41,931 nucleotides of DNA from contig JBIOTN010000110.1 in the NCBI GenBank assembly GCA_044866005.1, positions 1 through 41,931 on the forward strand, given 5' to 3'. Below the pieces are notes generated by a model that worked only from the letters and a program-made list of their open reading frames with translations, ran no database searches and had not been told where the DNA came from. Of the stretch, positions 35,218 to 41,931 are shown piece by piece. A program made the translations under genes and the position numbers. Position 1 is the first letter of the stretch. Each line of letters begins with the position of its first letter. This stretch comes from Candidatus Rokuibacteriota bacterium. GTDB lineage: Bacteria > Methylomirabilota > Methylomirabilia > Rokubacteriales > DASRDR01.

Positions 35218-36074
35218 CCGTGCGTACCGCCGTCTTTCCCGCGGCCGGGCTCGGAACCCGGTTCCTTCCTGCGACCAAGGCGCAGCCCAAGGAGATGCTC
35301 CCGCTCGTCGACAAGCCGATGATCCAGTACGTCGTGGAAGAGGCGGTCGCGGCCGGCCTGGACCGCCTCACCATCGTCACCGGCCGCGGCAAGCGCGCCA
35401 TCGAGGACCACTTCGACGCGGCGGTGGAGCTCGAGTTCTACCTCCAGGAGCGGGGCAAGTGGGAGGAGCTGGCCCAGATCAAGACGATCTCGGACCTCGC
35501 CTCCGTCTCCTACATCCGGCAGAAGGAGCCGCTCGGACTCGGTCACGCCATCCTCTGCGCCCGCCCGCTCGTGGGGGACGAGCCGTTCGCGGTGTTCCTG
35601 GGCGACGACATCATCGTGGCGGACCCGCCCTGCATCTCCCAGCTCCTGGCCGTCCACGCGCAATACGGTGACCCGGTGCTCGCCGTGGAGCGCGTGCCGC
35701 GGAGCGAGCTCAGCCGCTACGGCGTCATCCGGGGGAGCGCGGTCGAGGAGAACGTGTACCTCGTCGACGACCTCGTCGAGAAACCGGGGCCGGAGGCGGC
35801 GCCCTCGGACCTCGCGATCATCGGGCGCTACGTCCTGACCCCCGACATCTTCCCCATCCTGGCCGAGACGCCGCCCGACCACCGCGGCGAGATCCAGGTC
35901 ACCGACGCCCTCCGCCGGCTCCGCGCGCGGCGGCCGATCTATGCGGTCCGTTTCAGCGGCCGCCGCTTCGACACGGGAGAGAAGCTCGGGTTCCTGAAGG
36001 CGACCGTGGACATGGCGCTGGCGCGGCCCGACCTCGCGGACGCGTTCCGCGCATACCTGAAGACGCTCCTGTGA
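35214..36074 (+). CDS. galU: UTP--glucose-1-phosphate uridylyltransferase
   Basis: AVFPAAGLGTRFLPATKAQPKEMLPLVDKP, RQKEPLGLGHA, LVEKP and GEIQVTDA motifs. Confidence 0.96.
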   Translation: MTVRTAVFPAAGLGTRFLPATKAQPKEMLPLVDKPMIQYVVEEAVAAGLDRLTIVTGRGKRAIEDHFDAAVELEFYLQERGKWEELAQIKTISDLASVSYIRQKEPLGLGHAILCARPLVGDEPFAVFLGDDIIVADPPCISQLLAVHAQYGDPVLAVERVPRSELSRYGVIRGSAVEENVYLVDDLVEKPGPEAAPSDLAIIGRYVLTPDIFPILAETPPDHRGEIQVTDALRRLRARRPIYAVRFSGRRFDTGEKLGFLKATVDMALARPDLADAFRAYLKTLL

Positions 36075-36079
36075 AAATC

Positions 36080-36150
36080 TTCGGACGGGGCCTCTACGGC
36101 CCCCTCCCATTCCTCCCCCAGGGTTGCGGCGGCCAAGCCGCCGCTCGGAG
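36080..36150 (+). repeat. Two-hairpin REP-like repeat, copy 8
   Basis: TTCGGACGGGGCC-TCTAC-GGCCCCCTCCCA-TTCCTCCCCCA...GCGGCGGC-CAA-GCCGCCGC-TCGGAG, 5 nt after the galU stop. Confidence 0.85.
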
Positions 36151-36384
36151 GGTAACCATAGGATGCCAGGGCCGGCACAGACCCCCTCTTGGTCCCGGAC
36201 AGCCCCGCATTCGTCGTGACGGTAACCCCATGGTAGAATCAGGCTACGTTTCGCCCGGCACGACGAGAACTTCAGTGAACCCGAGCGCTTCTCCCGCACT
36301 CGGCTCCCGGCGCCGCCCTCCGTTCCCCGGCGGGGGCGACGGCCCGAGCGGGTCCGGGCGGGCCGCGCGCAGGGACGGCTGAGC

Positions 36385-37593
36385 GTGCCCGACAAGCTCC
36401 CGTTCCATCTCGCCGGCCAGGACGACATCAAGGCCGGCCGCGTCGCCGACGTCTACTTCAACCGCACGGTCCAGATCCTGCGAGCCCGTGGGGTCGAGAC
36501 GCGCGCCAAGGCCGAGATTCGCGTGAAGAGCCTGCCGGCCGGCTGGGACTGGGGAATCCTGGCCGGGATCGAGGAGGCCGCCCACCTGCTGCAAGGCGTG
36601 CCGGTCGACGTGACCGCCATGGAAGAAGGGACGGTCTTCGGGCCCTACGACCCCGTCCTCACCATCGAGGGCGTCTACGTCGACTGGGCCGAGTACGAGA
36701 CCGCCCTCCTCGGCCTCCTCTGCCAGGCCTCGGGCATCGCGACCAAGGCGGCGCGCTGCAAGAAGGCCGCAGGCGACCGGCAGGTCATCAGCTTCGGCGC
36801 CCGGCGCATGCACCCCGGCATCGCCCCCATGATCGAGCGCAACGCCTTCGTCGGCGGCTGCGACGGGGTGGCGGTGACGAAGGCCGCGGAGCTGATCGAA
36901 GCCGACCCGATGGGAACGATCCCGCACGCGCTCGTCCTCATGATCGGCGACACGGTGGAAGCCCTCCGCGCCTTCCACGAGGTGGTGGACCCGAAGGTGC
37001 GGCGCGTCGCGCTGATCGACACCCTGCAGGACGAGAAGTTCGAGGCGATCCGCGTGGCCGAGGCGCTCGGCCGCGACCTCTACGCCGTGCGCCTGGACAC
37101 GCCCTCGTCGCGACGGGGCGACTTCTTCCGCATCCTCGAGGAGGTCCGCTGGGAGCTCGACTACCGGGGGTTCGGCCACGTGAAGCTGATCGCCTCGGGA
37201 GGCATCGACGAGTACGCGATCGCCCGGCTCAACCCGCTCGTGGACGCCTACGGGGTCGGCACGGCGATCGCGAACGCCCCGGTGCTGAACTTCGCCCTCG
37301 ACATCATGGAGATCGCCGGGCGGCCCATGGCCAAGCGCGGGAAGCGGTCGGGGTCGAAGCTCGTCTACCGCTGCCGGGCGTGCTGGGAGACCGTCGTGGT
37401 GCCGGCCCACCAGCCTCGGGTCCGCTGCCACTGCGGCGGCGAATACGAGGCGCTGCTCAAACCGCTGATCGCGAACGGCCGCCTCGTCCGCGACCTGCCG
37501 CCGCCCCGGACGGTCCGGGACCACGTCCTCGAGCAACTCCGACGCGTCACGCTGGACGTCGCGCCGGACAGGCCGGGCCGGGGCGACTACTGA
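36385..37593 (+). CDS. pncB: Nicotinate phosphoribosyltransferase (short, archaeal-like type)
   Basis: DVYF, ETALLG, SFGARRMHP, GTIPH, VRLDTPSSRRG, ASGGIDE and YGVGT motifs. Confidence 0.92.
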   Translation: MPDKLPFHLAGQDDIKAGRVADVYFNRTVQILRARGVETRAKAEIRVKSLPAGWDWGILAGIEEAAHLLQGVPVDVTAMEEGTVFGPYDPVLTIEGVYVDWAEYETALLGLLCQASGIATKAARCKKAAGDRQVISFGARRMHPGIAPMIERNAFVGGCDGVAVTKAAELIEADPMGTIPHALVLMIGDTVEALRAFHEVVDPKVRRVALIDTLQDEKFEAIRVAEALGRDLYAVRLDTPSSRRGDFFRILEEVRWELDYRGFGHVKLIASGGIDEYAIARLNPLVDAYGVGTAIANAPVLNFALDIMEIAGRPMAKRGKRSGSKLVYRCRACWETVVVPAHQPRVRCHCGGEYEALLKPLIANGRLVRDLPPPRTVRDHVLEQLRRVTLDVAPDRPGRGDY

Positions 37594-37644
37594 GCCCGCG
37601 GCGGCCGGCCCCGGGCGCCCGGGACCGGGCCGCGGCGGCGAACG

Positions 37645-37977
37645 TCACTCAGACCCGGCGCGGACGACGTCGAGTCGGGCCGCGTTCTCGCGCTCCCAGT
37701 CGCGACGCTTGCTCGCGAGCGCGTAGTCCTCGATGAGCTCCCGGAGCTCCGCCGCGCGCTCCACGCGGTTCCACCGGACGGCCCGGTAGAACCGGACCCC
37801 CAGCTGCCCGAGCGTCCGATCCATCCGGACGCCGTAGCGCTTCCGCACCTCACCCACCGCGCACGTGGCCCAGTTGGCGGCCAGCTCGCGGTCCTCCGAG
37901 GTGAACCTCGGCCACGAAATCAGGCCGAACAGTGACTGGCCCTTCGCCTCCTCGATTCGCTTGGCCCATCCACTCAT
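37645..37977 (-). CDS. Hypothetical protein (110 aa)
   Basis: ATG 37977 after AGGA; globular-looking composition with a WATCAVGE segment; no family recognised. Confidence 0.65.
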   Translation of the reverse strand: MSGWAKRIEEAKGQSLFGLISWPRFTSEDRELAANWATCAVGEVRKRYGVRMDRTLGQLGVRFYRAVRWNRVERAAELRELIEDYALASKRRDWERENAARLDVVRAGSE

Positions 37978-38316
37978 GCCCGCCGTCCTCGCCGGTGCCT
38001 CCGGCGCGTCCGCGTGGTTCTGGTATCGGGGACGAACCCGTCCCCCGGTTGCGTCCGATGCAATTCGGATTCCGGCGGGCGGCGGCCCCGGGCAGACGTG
38101 GTGCCCGGCGGCGGGCTCCATGCGTCCGGGGGCTCTGTGCTACTGTAGGGAAGCCCGTGGGTCACGAGGGCCGCGTCCGTCCGCCTCGGCGCTCCCGGCC
38201 GGCTCCGGTCGCTGATCTCCGCGTCCGGGTGGGCGAAATTACGCCCGGCGTGCCAGATCTTCACGCCGCCGGGCGTCGGGTCCTCCGGCGTCTCCCCTGA
38301 CCCCGCGCGTGCGCAC

Positions 38317-39117
38317 ATGGCATCGCCTCGGGAACGCATCCTTCACGACATCGTCACCGCCAAGGGGGAGGCCGTGGCCGGCCGGCAGCGGGCCGTGCCC
38401 CGCGCCGCGCTCGAGGCGCGGGCGGCGGCCCTTCCGGCCCCCCGGGACCTGGCCGCGGCGCTGACGCCGCGGCCCCCCGCGCGCGTCCGTCTCCTCGCCG
38501 AGCTCAAGCGGGCCTCCCCCGTCGCCGGCGTGCTGGCGCGCGACTTCGACCCCGTCTCGCGGGCGCCCGACTACGTGCGCGCGGGCGCCGCGGCGCTGTC
38601 GGTGCTGACCGATCCCCACTTCCAGGGCACGCTCGCCGACCTCGCCACGGTGCGCGCGAGCGTGGACCGCCCGATCCTCCAGAAGGACTTCGTGCTGGAC
38701 GAGTACCAGCTCTGGGAGGCGCGGGCGCACGGGGCGGACGGCGTGCTCCTCATCGTCGCGATCCTCGACCGCAGCCGGCTCGCCGACCTCCATCAGGCCG
38801 CCAAAGGGCTCGGGCTGAGCGTCCTCGTGGAGGTCCACGACGAGCCGGAGCTCGACGTGGCGGCCGAGCTCGGCGCCGGGTTGATCGGGATCAACAACCG
38901 CGACCTCCGCACCTTCCGCACCGACCTTGCCGTCACGGAGCGACTCGCCCCCCGTGCGCCGGCCGGCACGTGCGTGGTGGCGGAGAGCGGGATCGCCACG
39001 GGCGCGGACGTCGCGCGGGTCGTGGCGGCGGGAGCCCACGCGATCCTCGTGGGCGAGGCGCTCTCCCGGAGCGGCGACCCGGCCGCGAAGGCGCGCGAGC
39101 TCACCGCCGCCGTCTGA
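38317..39117 (+). CDS. trpC: Indole-3-glycerol phosphate synthase
   Basis: AELKRASP, LSVLTD, KDF, LVEVH, GINNRDL and VAESGI motifs. Confidence 0.96.
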   Translation: MASPRERILHDIVTAKGEAVAGRQRAVPRAALEARAAALPAPRDLAAALTPRPPARVRLLAELKRASPVAGVLARDFDPVSRAPDYVRAGAAALSVLTDPHFQGTLADLATVRASVDRPILQKDFVLDEYQLWEARAHGADGVLLIVAILDRSRLADLHQAAKGLGLSVLVEVHDEPELDVAAELGAGLIGINNRDLRTFRTDLAVTERLAPRAPAGTCVVAESGIATGADVARVVAAGAHAILVGEALSRSGDPAAKARELTAAV

Positions 39118-39140
39118 CCAGACGGGTCGGCCGAACCGCC

Positions 39141-39783
39141 ATGCGGATCAAGATCTGCGGGATCACGAGCCTCGACGACGCGCTCCTGGCCGCGGACGCC
39201 GGCGCGGATGCGCTCGGCTTCATCTTCGTCGAAGGCACCCCGCGCTACGTGACGCCGGCCCGCGCCGCCGGGATCATCGCGGCGCTGCCGCCGTTCGTCG
39301 CGCCGGTCGGCGTCTTCTGGGACCACGCCCCGGCGCACGTCGAGGCCGTGGCGGCGGAGTGTCGCCTCGCGGCGGTCCAGCTCCACGGTGCCGAGCCGCC
39401 GGAGGTCGTCGCGGCCCTCCCCCTGCCCGTGCTGAAGACCCTGAAGGTCGCGGCCGCCGACGACCTCGCCCCGCTGGACCGGTACAAGCCGGCGGCCTTC
39501 CTCCTCGACAGCCCCGCGCGCTGGAGCGAGGGCCAGGCGCGCACGCCGATCCCCTGGAGCCTCGCGCGCGAAGCCGGGCGCCGCGCCCGGATCATCCTCT
39601 CCGCCGGGCTCACCCCCGAGACCGTCGCGGAGGCGGTGCGCGTGGCCCGGCCCTTCGGCGTCGACGTCAACTCGGGCGTCGAGGCCGCGCCCGGCCGGAA
39701 GGATCCGGACAGGCTCCGCCGCTTCATCGAGGCGGCGCGGGCCGCGGCGGCGCGCCTCGCCGAGGCGCCGCCCGAGCGCCGCC

Positions 39784-39791
<8 letters not shown>
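39141..39791 (+). CDS. trpF: Phosphoribosylanthranilate isomerase
   Basis: [23 protein letters not shown] and [14 protein letters not shown] motifs. Confidence 0.95.
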
Positions 39792-40982
<1,191 letters not shown>

Positions 40983-40986
<4 letters not shown>

Positions 40987-41804
40987 TCGGCTCACGGATC
41001 GACGCGGTCTTCGCCGAGCTTCGCGCCCGAGGGGCGCGGGCCCTGATCCCCTACTTCACGGCGGGCGACCCGAGTCTCGAGGTGACTCGCCTCCTCGTCG
41101 AGGAAGCGGCCGCTCGCGGCGCCGATCTGATCGAGCTCGGCCTGCCGTTCTCGGATCCGCTCGCCGACGGTCCCACGATCCAGCGCGCCGGGAGCCGGGC
41201 CCTGGCCGGCGGCGTGAGCCTGGCGAAGCTCTTGCCGGTCGTCGCGGCGCTCCGGGGGCAGGTGCCGGCGCCGCTCGTCCTCATGACGTATCTCAACCCG
41301 CTCCACCGCTACGGGCTCGAGGCGGCGGCGCGAGAGCTGGCGGCGGCCGGCTTCGCCGGCCTCATCGTGCCCGACGTGCCGCCCGAGGAGAGCGGACCCC
41401 TCGACCGGGCGGCGCGCGCCGCCGGGCTCGACCTCGTCTTCCTCGCCGCCCCGACGAGCGGGCCGGAGCGCCTCCGCCGGATCGCGCGCCAGAGCCGGGG
41501 GTTCGTCTACCTGGTCGCGCTGACCGGGATCACCGGCGAGCGCCCGGAGCTCCCGCCGGACCTCGTCGCGCTCGTCCGGGATCTCCGCGCCGTGACCACC
41601 AAGCCGATCTGCGTCGGGTTCGGCATCTCCACCCCCGCCCAGGTCGCGGAGGTCGTCCGCTGCGCCGACGGCGCCATCGTGGGCAGTGCCATCGTCCGCA
41701 TGGTGGAGAACCTCCAGGGCGACCCGGCGCTCGTGCGCAAGGTCGGCGACTTCGTCGCCGCCCTCAAGGCCGCGACCGTCCCGGCGCCGGGCGCATCCGG
41801 GTAG
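40983..41804 (+). CDS. trpA: Tryptophan synthase alpha subunit
   Basis: [37 protein letters not shown] and DGAIVGSA motifs; ATGA overlap with trpB. Confidence 0.97.
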
Positions 41805-41814
41805 AATCTGACCA

Positions 41815-41931
41815 ATGGCAAGAGACGATCGCTTGCCCATGAGGCCGACGGCGTTCCCGCGGACCGGTGTCCCGGGGGGAGGCAGGCCCGAGCCGCTCGC
41901 CGAACGGCGAGTGGCCCGGCTTCGCCGGCCT
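41815..41931 (+). CDS. Possible 5' part of a gene running off the window
   Basis: ATG 7 nt after TAGAAT (which contains the trpA stop); the frame is open to the window end but no motif is recognisable. Confidence 0.3.
   Translation, partial: MARDDRLPMRPTAFPRTGVPGGGRPEPLAERRVARLRRP

Noticed and set aside
2459..36150. Repeat copies as a CRISPR array or classic intrinsic terminators
   Set aside because: The copies are dispersed, have no spacers or cas genes, and lack U-tracts; sequence conservation across loci exceeds what terminators need.
37978..38316. trp attenuator or leader peptide upstream of trpC
   Set aside because: No short ORF with tandem Trp codons, no terminator with a U-tract and no T-box were seen; the hairpin near 38241-38276 alone is not diagnostic.

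Overview
This is a very GC-rich bacterial chromosomal window. A Rokubacteria/Methylomirabilota-like origin is plausible but is inference only. It holds about 45 genes: a tRNA-Thr(CGT), an ECF sigma/anti-sigma/DUF4139 locus, pal, an acyl-CoA dehydrogenase, a hybrid sensor kinase, a DtxR-family regulator divergent from cupredoxin-FTR1 iron uptake genes, an acyl-CoA catabolic cluster with a NitT/TauT ABC transporter, several hydrolases and dehydrogenases, htrA-DUF2062-mscS-galU, pncB and trpCFBA. The main signals missed by the ORF track are these. (1) Three genes are split by an in-frame TGA exactly at the catalytic Cys position, and each TGA is followed by a SECIS-like hairpin, so they are probable selenoproteins. 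Two of them form a translationally coupled, signal-peptide-bearing pair (Cys-free peroxiredoxin with TxxU plus TlpA with UxxC), suggesting an exported selenium redox relay; the third is a CxxU AhpD/CMD protein. (2) A second, degraded copy of the Prx-TlpA cassette carries Cys instead of Sec. (3) A two-hairpin repeat with compensatory substitutions occurs 8 times, always in sense orientation 1-7 nt after a stop codon. (4) There is a 39-aa rubredoxin-like microprotein, two paralogs with a tandem [DE]RR motif, and readable operators/promoters (DtxR-type palindrome, XRE operator, sigmaE-type, sigma54-type and leaderless sigma70 promoters). No sel genes, CRISPR array, transposase or integrase were seen.
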